NCBI GenBank assembly: GCA_000708835.1 | Contig: DF237190.1 | Span: forward strand, 65,137-129,136 | Source of the DNA: Klebsormidium nitens | Lineage: Eukaryota; Plantae; Klebsormidiophyceae | Length of the DNA: 64,000 nt | Direction: 5' to 3' | In this document: piece by piece, positions 47,201-60,580 of the stretch | How the letters are laid out: each line of letters begins with the position of its first letter | Numbering within the stretch: the stretch's first letter is position 1 | Position numbers and translations under genes: made by a program | The notes under the pieces: model-generated | What the model was told of the DNA's origin: nothing | Databases searched by the model: none | What the model saw: the letters and a program-made list of their open reading frames with translations, nothing else

Positions 47201-50200
47201 TTACGCTTACCATTTCGGTGCCGATCGCTGCCAGCGGCCGACCCGCAGACTCGATCACTGCCATCTTCGACTTTTGCCCGCTCGCCGTTTGTCCCCACCT
47301 CTTCTGCTTGCCGCGCTGCAGCCTGATGCACAGGCGCGCGGTCTCGGCGGCCGTTTCCTGCTCCGCCGCGCGACGAATCACCTCGAACACGCGCGTCGCG
47401 CGCAAGCCGCCCACGTGGCGGGCCACGATGGCGTCCACGTTGCAGCGGATCAACTGAGGGGAAGCGAGGGGGAAGAAAATAGGGAAGCGCAATGCAACAT
47501 TACTGATTTGAGGGGGAAAAAGGCGAAAGGAATGTATTTTCTTTTGATGGATGCACTGGGTCAAGGTCAAGCGCCTGATTGCACCAGGAAACTATCAAGA
47601 CCATCACACCGAGTAGCTTTTGAGATGCGGGTTAAGAACCAGGCTAAACTCAGCTCCCTTGATGTCGGTATCACAGAACGGAGAAGTTTTAGTAACACAA
47701 ATCCATCCAGTGCGAGGTTCAATCTCTTGCACGCAGAAGCAACGAAGAGTCTGACTGATAGTTGGTCAGGTACTCACAAAAGAGGAGTTGGTCTGCAATG
47801 TAACGTAAACGGTTTACACGGTCTGACTGCAGATGCACCCGCTTTCTTCAAGCGTCCGCCTACCTGAGTCAGCAGATCGCACCCCCCTGTCTCCACATCG
47901 TGGCCCAGATCTTGCAGCGCGCCCGCGGCGCCGCGCACGAGCGCGCTCGCGCAACCTTCGAGAAAATCCGCGAGCTGGTCCGCGATTGGCCGCTTGTGGG
48001 CGGTTCTCAAACCCCGTCCGCGGCCGCGCCGCCCGCGGCCGCGATGCCCAAAACCCTGTAGAGGTTCTCCGTCTGGTGGAGCTGGAATGGCGCAATCATG
48101 ACGTCTTGAAGGTGGACGTCTTCGAACTCCATGTGGTTCAGGAGGGGGGGTACGGGACCGCTGTCGAGCGCCTGCTGGAGGTCCCCCTCGAAACGAGACG
48201 GGGGTACGCGGCCGGGTTGGTCGGAGTTGTGCGGCACCAACCGAGCGATCTGCGAAAGAGACGGCGGAGTTTCAGAAAGGTTTCAATGCTTTCTGGATTG
48301 ACAGCTAGAAGCTGGACGCTTTGCAAAGAGTCAGCAGAGGCGAGTCGGTGTGCATATTTAATGAGCTTTATGGTAAAAACCGATTGAACGCTGCAATTGG
48401 CCTTTGAACATCATTGCTCGGTGAATTGGTCTGCGATTTTGATCTCAGAAGCATTGCAAGCCACCAACGTTGCACAAGGCTCCGCTAGAAAATTCCGAGA
48501 GAAAATCTTCAAACGGGACTGACTACGTTTTGCAATGACTGGACCGATGACGATCACAGAGAATATCCAGACGGAAGGACAGACTGCAGCACAGTTCAGC
48601 CTTTTCAAACAAAGCGTCCCATTTCCTCCCCACGTCGACGTCCTTTTCATAGCTCGGTGCCTCACTTCGTTTCAGGCGGTGTTTGTCCTGTCAAACTCAC
48701 CTCCTGTCCGCATCTGAGGTCCGTACAACCTTCAACGGATTCGTCCAAACTTTCTCTCAGCCGCTCCTTCGCACCCGCGAGCACGGCCCCCGGCATCCTG
48801 GGCAGCTTGAGCTTTTTGGTTGCGCTCGCGCGCGCGAGCGCGTCCTTGAACGTGCGCAGCTTGTTGGGCTGGACGACGGCGCGCGCGAGCGCGAAGATCC
48901 CCGCGCCCATCTCCTCAAACCGGCCCAGCAGCTCTTGAGCGCGCGCGACCAGCGCGCGCACCTCGCGGCTCCGGTCACCGCGGCCGCCTTCGCGCAGGAA
49001 GTCCTGGAGCTGGGGCATGCGGGAGTCGTCCTCCGAGATGGGCTGCAGGGAAAACGTGCTGATCTGAAATCTGCATATCAGTGCTTGAGAAGTCGTATCG
49101 CCAAAATCTTACGAAGCTTCGGTAAGCATCTTGAAGACCTTTGGCCGCTACTATCTGAAGTTCGATCATGTTCGGATTCTGCTTTGAGAGCAGACTTTCC
49201 TTGGCAGAAAATCCTCTGACCGTTGACCCGCAAAGTGACTGGATTTATAATTCATGTTACACAGACACGAAAAAGAACCTCTCGTCACGAAGTTGCAAAG
49301 GGCAGAGTGAGTTGTCCATTTGAGTTGCGTCTCTGTGCGGCTTAAGTGTTTCCAAATGGCGGAAAGTCAAAGTTGATGTAGTATCTTCAGACACTGCTAT
49401 GGGCTTTAATAAATGAGCATGCTGAATCCATGCAGTCGTAAGTATTCTTTTGTATAAAAGTGTATGATAAAAGGAATTTGCCTCCAGGTATATGTACTCT
49501 GCGGGGGTTTCATGCCTGCAAAAAGTCGAAGGGATCCGCTACATCGCCTTACCAGGTATTGAATTTGCTGGCCGAACATTCGGATGCACTTGGGGTGGTA
49601 CAGTAAACCGGGGTAGATAACCAGGAACGTAACCCGGGCGGCAATCTCCCGGGCTTTCTCCTCAGCCAGGCCCCGGGGCAGGTTCTCCCGGGCGATCAGC
49701 AGGTTCTCAAGCGCGGCCGCAACGGCGAGCCGCCGAGCAGAAACCCAGTCCCTTTCTGCGTCTTGAAGGATATTCCGTTCCGCTTGAGTGTTGTGCGCAT
49801 GCCTGGCGGAATGAAGGGCTGGGATCAGACGTCTTGATCCGCTCTGTTGTAATGACCCTGTTTCTGTTTTGGATTTTACGATCTGGCATTTTCGCAAACA
49901 GAGGCGGAGATGGTTTCCATCGTACAGATTGTACAAAAGCTGAGCATGAATTTGTAACATCGAGGGCTCTCAAAGACCGCCCCTTGCTGAGCAGGCATCA
50001 CAACATGAGCGAGCCCAACAAGAGCCCATAGTTCGTTTGCTTTATCAGATCCTTGCATCTTGGAAGACCAAGGGAATGTCAAAAAGTGAGCTACTTCTTT
50101 GGGCTTCTCAAAATCTTTGCATATCTGAGAGGATGATGCATCAAAAGTTCTTCATCTCGACAATAACATCAGAGCAGAGGTTGCAATCTGGATATAGAAA

Positions 50201-52274
50201 AGTGAACTTGGTGAAATATTCTACAAGAAACTTGAGTCCTCCAAGTGATTCTCACAGAGCAAGTGGGCTTCGGAAACAGAAAGGAAGGCAGAAAACTTGG
50301 GGCCGCAGAATTTGGACTCGTACAAACTTACCCAGTCACCAAGGCCGTGCTGTGGACCCGCGCATTTTCCTCTTTCCACCACAGGTCGCCCGCGCAGATC
50401 GCGGCGACCGGCTTCTGCTGGATAGCGGTTTCCTGGTCGCCCTCCTCTCCGGTGCAGATGAGGAGAGTCTTGGCAAGGCGGCGGATGGCGGCCTGCGGGA
50501 CGCCGAACATAAGCTATCGGGACCGTGCAAAGAGTCAATGCTTGATTAGATTATTGTAGAGACATGTCCACCCTGCAAACCGTTCTTTGGTAGAAGGGAC
50601 CAAAATGGTCGCACACGAATCGGCGGAACAGTATATCTCCTAGAATGAAGACCTGAAGGCGGCCTCCAGTACGATCGGGGAGGTCGAGCTGAAAACCGGA
50701 GCGGAAACAATACGCCTCGAGAAAATCGGGAGAACTTCCGAAAGACTTGCCTGCTGATCCTTCCGGGCGTCCATCGTGACGAGAATGTGCTGGGCAGCTC
50801 TCATTTCCTGTAGCAAGGGGAAATGAACTTGAGCGGTATTGCAGCCTTTCTTACCCCGTTTCACTCTGAGCAACTTTTGCCACAAAGAAACGAGAGGTTC
50901 CGGCTCCGGAACTCAAAAAGCCCTGTTTCCGCCTCTCCTGACCTGGTGACGTAGTAAAACTTTAAGAGATGACAAGAGTAAAGCACGGAAATTACTGACC
51001 ATTGAACACTAAAAACTGCATCCAGTGACAAAAGCAGAGACTTGCGACGGCGGTTCCATTCTTCTGGCCCCTTGTCATCCTCGTACCCAGCAAATGCAGA
51101 CTTCTGCGCTCCGCATGTAGTAAGAGAGAATGTAAGCCTCGATTGTTTCCTTACCTCTAAAGCGTCTGCCCCAAACGGTCCCGCGTCGTTGGACACCCCG
51201 GGCAGGTCGACAAAGTCATGCAGCAGCGCCGCCGTGACCGCGAGCTGGATCACCACCTTGTGCACCAGCCGCCAGTGGGGCTGCGAGAAGCGGAGGCTCG
51301 GAAGTTAGATGGTTCGACAATTCTCAAAAAAGCGGAAGTTTTGTGGGAGGCCGGAGAATGGTAGCAACTAAGGGCCGTTTGAAAGGACTTGGGGATGATT
51401 GTGAGCACCGGTCGCCTTTCACTAGCGGTCATTTACGATCCCCGCGCCTCGCCTCGCTCTCTTACCAACTCAATAAACGTGAGGCACATTGCTCGAAACG
51501 TCCTGAGACTATTTGTCTGTGATAGGGACCTTCTGAAATGCTTAGCCGCTCAGAACGTCGGAGTGTGCACAAGGCAACATATCTGCATGCCTCTGCAGAA
51601 TTATTTTTGATTCGGAAGCTATCAAAGTGAGTCAGAAAACACTGCACCGAAACCTAGAAGAGCCCACCTCATTGCGCGCCCTTCCTCCGGGCAGGTAGCA
51701 CCCCCAGGTGCGCGAGGCGACGAAGTGGCGGATTCGGAATATGTGCTCCGTATACAGCGTGTCGCCGTCCGTTCCGCCCGGGGACGTGCTCCGGCAGGGC
51801 GCGAAGATCTCGACCTGCGGAACCGGATTTCCTATTCTGATTGCTTTCAAAGCACAATGGAAGAGTTGCCACTGTGCAGAGACGGGCCGCGCGCTGGCCC
51901 GACACTTTAGAAGTTGGGGAGACTCAAACAGCTCTTTCTCGTCTTCGAACGGACAATGGATCAGAAATGACCGGAAGGACCGGAAAGGTTGCGGTTTTCG
52001 TGGTGGGCCGAGCAGCCCTCAGACAGTGAAAGCCTGGATTTTCAAAGAAAGGATTCAAGAATTGCAATCAAACGCAGAAAACTTTGCTTCTCCCCGTGAG
52101 CCCGCAATGATTGTCAGCTTCTCTCTTCTCGTCAGCGTTCTCAAGCGATCAAGAACTCCCAAATCCGTTGCCCAATAATGATTTCAGAACTTCGTTCTGC
52201 GCGAAGGTTACCGCATACTTGGTTATAGCCAAACCTACACCCGCAGGTTTAAGACACGTGGCGCTCACCTTGCC

Positions 52275-52318
52275 GGCCGCGCTGAGCCGCGCGCGGGGCC
52301 GCGCTGAGCCGCGCGCGG
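52275..52318 (+). repeat. Perfect 22-bp tandem duplication inside copy 3 exon 7 (frameshifting)
   Basis: GGCCGCGCTGAGCCGCGCGCGG x2. Removing one unit restores the exon phase and the RLSAAGK| ending shared with copy 1. Confidence 0.9.
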
Positions 52319-55300
52319 CACCGCGCGGGCAGCTCGAAGTCCGCCTCGACCAGGTCTGACACGGGGGTGTTAACAGGCTTCCCCAGAAGCGCCAGTGCGG
52401 TTTGCAGCCACCGCTCCCGTACAATCTCCGCGTCTTCGCCCGCATTCACACCGCCCTCGACAGCCGTTTTCGCACCGCATTCGTCCGTATTCACACCGTC
52501 CTCTGCCGTATTCTCATCCCCGTCGCTGGCGCCCAGATCCAACATGTCGACGAGAGACCTCTTCGAAGGGCGCGCGCGCGCTCCTCTGGGTGGAGAGTCA
52601 TTCGACTTTGTCGTTCTCCATAAATCTTTGAGTCTGCACAAGTGAGAGGTGAGAAAGTCGACGTTTTTGCAATCGCTTGCCAGCTCAGGTTTGTTCACGT
52701 CGATTTTTGCTTTTTAGTCCCACTGGCACGAACGCGTTTCTTGCGAGTCTAGCATTACGCGTTGATTCCTAGACTCCGCAAAAGAAGAACGATTTTACAG
52801 TTTTACAATGATTGCGCGCCAGATCAGGGCGCGTTGTGCAAACAATCCTAAATAGTTTCGCTCGCTGGGTCCTTTCAACAACGAGATTGAGGGCATTTGC
52901 ATCTTCTCAGAGATTCCACAATCCACCGCAGGTCTCGTAGCAACTCTAAGCAAGAGACGACCAACGAAGAAACAAAGCTTTTATGCCTTGGAACATTCTC
53001 TTCTACGCTTAAGACGAGCCTCATAAGTTGTTTGGGTATTTTCCGACCTGAGAATGGGCTCAGCTACAGCGGCTATGGGCTCGTAGTAGATGCGCGCGCG
53101 CGCGCGCGGCCCCGCCGTGATCTCGCACTTGACTTGGGTCGTGTCTGAGACGTCTCCTTCCGGCAGCAAGTAGAAGCTGCCTTGAACTTCCGGTTCTGGT
53201 TCCGGGCGCCTCTGAACAGGTCAGCGTACAGAAGTTGGTAACGGAACAATCACTGGAGGACCGAGGCTTCAAAGGGCGGTTCTTTTCGTGAACTTGACGT
53301 TCTTCCAACCTGACATAAAGGGCACTCGGAAGATAAAACATAGTGCGAAGCAGGGTGAGTGATTCACGTAACGGACCCTATTCCGCGTGACTGATGCTAA
53401 ATGGCACCCGCAAGTCTGATCAAGTCAATGGAAGAGGACAAAGGTGGGCAAAGTCTCGGATCAGGAAAGAGCTCAGAGCATTCTTGTAAGTGACCATCAC
53501 TATCTTTGAGACGGATGGACTTATAAGCGGTTGAAAATGCTTACACTCTCGAAGCGCAGGTTCCAGATCTTGCGTGCCCAGACGCCGGCGCCGCTTGCTT
53601 CCGGAACGTCGTGGTCCCGAAGCGACAAAGTGGCCGGTTCTGCTTCCCCGGGGAACTTAACCTGCGCCGTTGACGGTTTCCGGGTGATTTTGAGTGCCCG
53701 GTTCATCTAGAGGTCAAGGGATTGCAGGCACTTTCTTTTGTTGCAGAACATCTGGCAGAATCCAATAATGGGCGCACATAATCTGTCTGCAAGTAATAGC
53801 GCCGCCAACTTGATACTCACGGGCCTAGTCCGCTCAAACTTCTGCTCTAACAGCGACTTTCAAAACGGAGTAACTCGTCTATACCCAGAAGTCCAACCAC
53901 ACCGAGCAACCAAAAGCTGCCACGTGTTCCCGTCTCACCACGTGCTTCGCCCGCTCGACGCGGACTACCTCTCCCTCGCACCACTCGTCGCTCTCCGGGA
54001 AGTAAACCTCGACCCTGTCCCCCGCGCGCGCGGCCGCGACGGTGTCCGCGCGCGGGATCTCGTGGGGCTCTGCGTCGACGAGCGTGAGCTCGTCCCACTC
54101 GCCAATCTGCGCGATCTTCTCTTGGACGCGCGCGCAGTACTCGGACGCGTCCGGCTCGGACGCTTCGCAGATGTCATTGATCTGCGAAGTGCGAATGAAG
54201 GCTTCCAATGGTCAAGGCCGTTGATTGTTCCACCCTGTAATCGTGAATCTTTGATATATTTCTACTCTGCGGTCAAAATTGGGGCAATATGTCGAACATT
54301 GAAAGGGCGCACCACGTAGCGCTGGATCTCATGATTCAGTGCATCGCTGAGCGTTGAATCAAGGCGACTTTCTTTTCCGCGACTGATCTGCTAAATCAAG
54401 AAGACGTTCGACTCCTCAAGAGATCCTCTAGAATGCTCGCCACAGGGGGCAGCATCCGGATCCGTCACCGCTTTCGAGCGGATCGACATGATCCCTCTGC
54501 AATTACGACTTGATTCGTACCCATCTAAGCTCCGGCTGAATTTCAGAAAAGACATAATTGAAGCCTCACCAGTCTAGTTTTTCCGGTTCCGCTCCTTCCG
54601 ACCAGAACCACCCGGTCTTTCAGCGACGCCGCCCGCTGCTTCTGCACGACCATCTGCTCGTACAGGCCGCGAACTCCCGCCCGAGACAACCGGTTCCTGG
54701 TTGGGACTCCCGACCTGCGTGGTTAACAGGTCTCTATCACAAGTTTCTTCGTTCGGAAGAAACACTATTAGCTAATTCTAGACGGCTATTTTGCAACCGT
54801 TGTGAAAACTTCCCAGCTGCTGGTGAGAAGGAGCTTAATAATGTGTTTAAGCAACGAAAAGACCGTTGAAAAATGACGTTGTTAGGTTCGATGTTTCTGC
54901 TGCTTGGAATTGTGAGAATGGGATATTTGTCTTTGCACAGATGTAGATCACCTTTATGAGAGTGCCACTTAGATTTGTGTGGCATTATCTCATAAGTCTA
55001 TTACAGAACGTACGTCTTCTGGAGGACAGAGGCCTTTGCCAGGTGGATGCATCAGGTTCTTGGGGAGTCTGGACTAGTATTGCGCGCTTAGCAATAGTTT
55101 ATAGATGAAGCACTGTTTATTCTAGGAACCTAGGCCAGATCTCCGTGCATCTTGGTTGCTCCCTTGTCTCTACTGGAACCGAAGAAAGATAACTCGAGTT
55201 TTGGCCAGCCATGGTCATTAGGAGAACCGCTCTCTTAGACACGTTGAACGACAAATTCAGTGATTTTGAAACCCGGGCAGACGAGCGTAGAACAGGAAGC

Positions 55301-57115
55301 CAGATGAACCAATTAGGCATGCGCTCTTCATTATGCAGATATGGCCCATCTCAAAGATTCGAAACCACCACCCATCCCGTGTTCCACGTCTCTCACGCCA
55401 ACCAATATTCCGCCCAATAAAACTCCACTCCAACTGAAACTCCTTTCCGGTGGACATTCAAACGATTTCAAAGCATTCTCCGGGCGTACGAAGCTCAAAC
55501 ACCGCCCACCTTCCAGGTCCCTCCTCGCACGCCTGCAGCAGAAGCTCGCACGCGGCGGAGCGAGGCGGGGCCACGTCATGCAGCATCGCCTGCCCCAGCT
55601 TCTGCTCCGCCGACCGCGCCGAGAGGTCCCAACAGCCACGTTCCTCGCCCATCATTGTGTCCGCTCCTCGTTTCTCAACTTTCTGCTTTTTCCGCCCAGT
55701 TCGCCTTCTCGTCATTACACGCCTCTTGCTACGGTAGATGTGGTCGGGGCTCTATGCGCTTCTGGGTCCTTGTCTGTAATCGTCCTCGCTCGATATTGTT
55801 CGGACGGCTCTTCCCTATAAGAGTCCTTTCATGGAGGCGTGGTAACCCAATTCAGGAGTCATCTTGGGCTAGCCTTTGACCTGCGTCCTCCTTATGAAAG
55901 CGGCCCTTTGAGAAGCTTGATGCTACAAGACGACGTCCCGCTTAAAGCAGTCAGAGCCATGGAGCTTGTCGAGTAGTCAGAAAGCTACTCTGTCAGAAAG
56001 CGCGGATGTCGCGCCGTCGTTCCCGTCTACAGCGCCACGTTCGATCGTCAACGATGCCGCACTCGGGAAGCTAGCAAGTCACGAAGAAATTACAGGACTG
56101 TCATGTGTGCGAGCTGACGATAGCTGAATTCAAGTTGCGATCGAGTATATGCATGTCTGGATGTCGATCATAACTCAGTTGCTTCAGCAAGTTTGGTTTT
56201 CTTTCTGGCACGGATTCTGATGGTGCCGACTACACCGTACGCATGCGCATGCAATGCTTAGGTCTCCTCGGATAAAGCAACGGTGCGATAGAAATGCATG
56301 ACGAGCTAGATCTCTGAAGCAGCTAGCTACGCCGCAGGACTTCAGGTTGCTACAGTAGTACAGGGATAGTTCATCGAGGCGGCCGCCTCAAGTATCACAG
56401 GGCCAATCGGCTGCGATGCATCATGGCATGGCCCGGTTCTTTCACCTTTCTTCTGTCATGGTGCAACAGGGGCCCCATATGGGCGCCGACCCATTCCACC
56501 TACCTACATCGTGCTGAGTCTGATTATGTTAATTGCTCGATGAAGCGCTTTGATCACCCGATCGACTGCCATGCAGCACTATCATATACGTGTTCCATGT
56601 TGACAGATTGTGCACAGATGCATAATGCACTGCAATTAGTGTTACGTGCCCGGCCAGACTCAAAGTTTTGCACCAACTGAGAGCCTGCTCTTAGTACTTT
56701 GCAGAGATAAGAGACAGAAATAATCTCAATTTGGTGTTGCCTCATGTTCTGTACTATCTGCATTAGGTCGCCGGCGCAGAGTACGGCCTGCGGGAATTTG
56801 TTCTGATTCCCCCTACTGTAGCTACACAACATCATTGAACGAACTTTAAATCTGCTCTAAGCTAGCATCACTCATCACCTTTCAATAATGATTCTACGTT
56901 GTAAGTATCAGTTTGACGCCGTCCATAATCAACTAAGAAGGGAGAGTCAACCTCTTCTAAAGGGCGCAGCAAATCCTAAGGTCACACTGCAAAGATCAGG
57001 CAAACCCTATGGTCACAAAGTAAAGTGTCGCTCTTTTCTTCGAAATGTTACCTCGTTTTTGGTTTAGAACGGCTTAGCTCTTATGTACACCTGCCGTAAA
57101 AGCCATCAGACACAT

Positions 57116-59733
57116 TTAAGTACATTGCGTGTAACACGCCTTCCTGGAGCTGTGGAAGGCGCCATCTGCTCCATAAGTAGCCGTCTGCTGGTACATCGAC
57201 CTCTCGCTGCGAGCCCAATGTGCCGAAAGATGGAAAGCTCCCATCCCCGTCTCAATAAACTTCGGAAAGGAGAGCGTTAACCCTTCCGGGAAATGAATAA
57301 CCTCGTAATCACCCGTCGAGAGTTGCTTCCCGGTGAGCGGCGACCCGACTGGGTGTTCGTAGCCCTTCCAGTCGCCGGCCGTCTCCCAGCGCAACAGGTC
57401 GGGGGAAAGGGTGTGCTCGATGCCTGTAAGCCTGCCACGTGGACGATTCCGCTCCATTGATGCCTCGCTTACCGTCGACCACCGCATGACGGGCTCGTCT
57501 TCTTGTCCCCACACAGTCTGCAGAAGGTCAAGTCTTGACTAAAGACAAAGAAGAACAAGCAGCAATCTCGTTTCTCACTTGGATTCAACCGTGGCCCCAG
57601 ATTTAGAGGGCCTAAGCTGCAGACGAAACACCAGATTATCGTCGCACTTGATCAGATTCCGGGAGAGACTAGACTGTCATTCGAGTCGTTTGATCGAGAT
57701 CGACCTAGACTTCAAAACCAGAGCATACGTGAAAGTCATTTTGAAGCAGGCCTGACCGTCCGATGGGCGGTGTTTTAAGATGATTTAGAAAGGAGTTCCA
57801 TTTTGGTCAACCATATCACTTGATGGCGGCAAAAGCACAGACAGGACTTAAATAGCTAGAGTCAGTAAAAGCTGATAGCAACTCTTGGCAAAGAGAGAAC
57901 TCTGGCAAGTCTCATTGTAGGGGCCTACGCTTTGCTGGGCTCTCACAGCGTCCCAGCTCGTTCGATTCTTTCAGAATCGATACAATTAGGAAAGACCGGC
58001 CCTAGTAGTTTGTTTTCAACTTCGAAACACTTTAGTTCATTTTCTTGACTCCAAACTTTCTGAAAGCAATCATTGTATCCTGATGGCTCCTGAGTCAGAT
58101 GAGTGATTACGAAGGTAAACATCAACTTCGAGAAACCTCGGACGGAATCAGCTTTGACGTCATCGGCCTCGAAATAGAGCCTTTCCTTTCCGACGCATGC
58201 TGACGTCACAGATTACTAAAACCCTTCTTGCTTCCGTTCGCACAAAACCACTCCACTGTGGCTTGGTTAAGATGCATATGCCCACCTCCCGGTTCATTAC
58301 CACCCGAGATGCTTTGCCCAGGGCGTCGTAAGCGATCGCCAGTCCCAGGCGCGACCGGTTGTCGGGCGCCAGAAAGAGGAATTCCAAGCGGAAGCGCTCC
58401 CCGCAGTCTCCCGGGATCTTCGTGAACGGAACGCCTACGCGATCGCAAACCCTCGGGTTGAGAAAATACTGGGTCATATTCAGCACGACACCCTAACTTC
58501 GTCAAGCTTCGGGCTTTTGTCTCAAAGACTAGTTGGCGCTAGAGGAAAGCAAACCGTTCTCGCTCCTCTACAGGACCTTCCACGTAGCTATTCTCTCCAG
58601 AGCATCACAAGCCTGGGTGTTATTTCAGAGGAGTATATCAACCCACAGCGTTGAGTTTAGATGTACTGCCCATGCTGGAACCAGCGAAGTATGATGTTCC
58701 TCACCTGGCGCGTAGTGCGACCAGCTGTCGCTCGAATGCTTGCTGACACCGTCCGCATGATGCACGTCCGAATTGGACACCAAGGGTCCCTGATTCATTG
58801 AAGCAGCGCTGACTGGTGGCACGTGATGCGTATTCACTTGGACGACCTGGTCGGGAATCAGAAGGAGTACAGGGTCTATTTGAGTGGCCTAAAACAGCTA
58901 CGCACCGGACTGGCTTCCATTCACTTTCTCCCTGCTCCCATGAACGTGACGAGGACGAGATATTCCTTTCGGAAAAGTTAGGGGCCCGTGGCTGAGGCGA
59001 AAGCAGCCTTGTCTTCAGAAGCTTTCATCGCTTGTAGGCCCTTCAAAATGGACGTAAAAGGGACCCTTGAAAAACTGATTTTTAGGTCCAATCTGGTGCG
59101 ATAATCGAGCAGACGAGTCATGCGGATACTCTCACGACGACTCTTGGGAACTAACCCGGACACGCAACATTTTACATCTAACAGTCGATGTAGCCGCCCA
59201 TTGTTTCCAGCCTTGCCTTTGTTCTACATCAGATTCAGTAAGCGGAAGGCTTTACACATTGTTTTTTAGAAACGAACCGTCTTTTCAACATCGACGTATA
59301 CAGGCGGTTCCGAGACAGGCGGTTCTCAGAACCGTTGTGCTGGGATGTTTGAGGATTAAAACGTCCCCATAATCTGCTTATTGCGCAGATATACTCATCA
59401 GTGGTCTTTTCGCGTCTCAGCACGCACTCTCTCCGAACGCCACCCGCTTTGTCACGGCGGGCTAAACGGAGAATTGGCCGTATGCCTCTCAAGAGAATCA
59501 AATAGAACGGCGGACTTCGACACGATCAGATGAATAACGACGTGAAGCTGGACTTCGCACCTTCAAGGCCCCATCGATTCCTGCCCCCACCTCCTCAACG
59601 TTTCTCCATATCTCGTAATTGTCAATAAGTTCCCCAGTCGCTGCGTCCCACGACGTGCGCGTACCGAGCCAGTGCCTGAAGTGCGGCCGCTGGAGCTGGT
59701 AGTGCTCTGCCTGTGTCACTTGTCGCGGGTCAC
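57116..59733 (-). CDS. DUF3598-like (cyanobacterial/plastid beta-barrel) protein, 5' end unresolved
   Basis: Exons ~59733-59561, 58846-58705, 58492-58286, 58199-58137, 57517-57116; one junction phase is unresolved. HWLGTRTSWDAATGELID, FRLEFLFLAPDNRSRLGLAIAYDALGKASRVVMNRE and VIHFPEGLTLSFPKFIETGMGAFHLSAHW...QTATYGADG resemble the two repeated DUF3598 barrels as I recall them. Confidence 0.6.
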
Positions 59734-60580
59734 CTGCGGACCGCAATAGTTACAAGACTGATTAGCAGGTTGACGGCCGGCTTAGGAGACGTTACACATA
59801 TTTTCGACCAGGGGAAGTCACCAGTTTTGTCAACCGGTCCCAGCCTGGTTGATTATGTAGAAAACATGGCCTTAATTCAGATTACCAGCGAGGCATAGTC
59901 AGTGGCTAGAATCCAAGGGAAAGCTGATTCGTTTCGACTTGCAGATATCCTGTACCAAAAGCTTGACTTTCTTTCTATTGAACATCTATTGGCGCCTCGA
60001 CTAACGCGGGAAACCGAGACTTTTTACAGGTGGCCAGTCGGCCCTCAGGACCGTCCATTGGCGGAGGCTCCTGGCTTTAAAAAAAGCTGATTCTAGCGTC
60101 GCAAAGCTGAGGTTCTCAACCATTGCAGCAAGTCCCCACAGGAAGAGACCGCCGTTAATCAGAAACTGTTGAGCGCTTAGTCAAGAGGTGCGACCTGGCA
60201 CGAACGGTTAAAGATCCCTGAACCACGCAGAAACATGGACGACAATACCAGGTGTAACAACAAAGAGAGGAGATACACAGCTGCCGGCATCACCGATCAC
60301 CGTTTTCCTTGTATCCAATCGCGGATAAGCCTGTTAGCACTGGCATCTGCAGAGTTTATTCTAGCAAGCTGGTGGCGCGTTGGAAAACTGAGGTAGCGGA
60401 ACATGTAAGGAACTGCAGACGTTGTTTCGCAGTTTACCATTCTCAACGTCCGATCTCGCAAGCCCTGTGTCGCCCACCATTCCAAAGGACGGGACCTTTC
60501 CAAGGCTGCTATTTCTATCTTAACACGACGGTCGAAAGCCCGAGCATTCCCAGAGCTTGGATACTATTCAAATTGACCCG

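Larger units (their letters stand above)
42990..55655 (-). pseudogene. Copy 3: full-length, more diverged paralogue of the GTPase-Tudor-MBD gene with several frame disruptions
   Basis: Exons (minus): 55655-55510, 54714-54570, one unresolved (~54390-54315), 54181-53939, 53661-53545, 53211-53048, 52633-52269, 51814-51668, 51280-51155, 50807-50751, 50492-50332, 49802-49553, 49042-48701, 48249-47864, 47453-47211, 46800-46207, 45717-44186, 43666-43608, 43058-42990. Motifs: GRSGTGKT, LLPEGDVSDTT, DFVDLPG, SDSYYVSPQGRKFRSL. Frame breaks: 22-nt duplication at 52275-52318, 1-nt shift near 48007, and shifts at ~44250-44330 beside an N gap. Confidence 0.8.
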
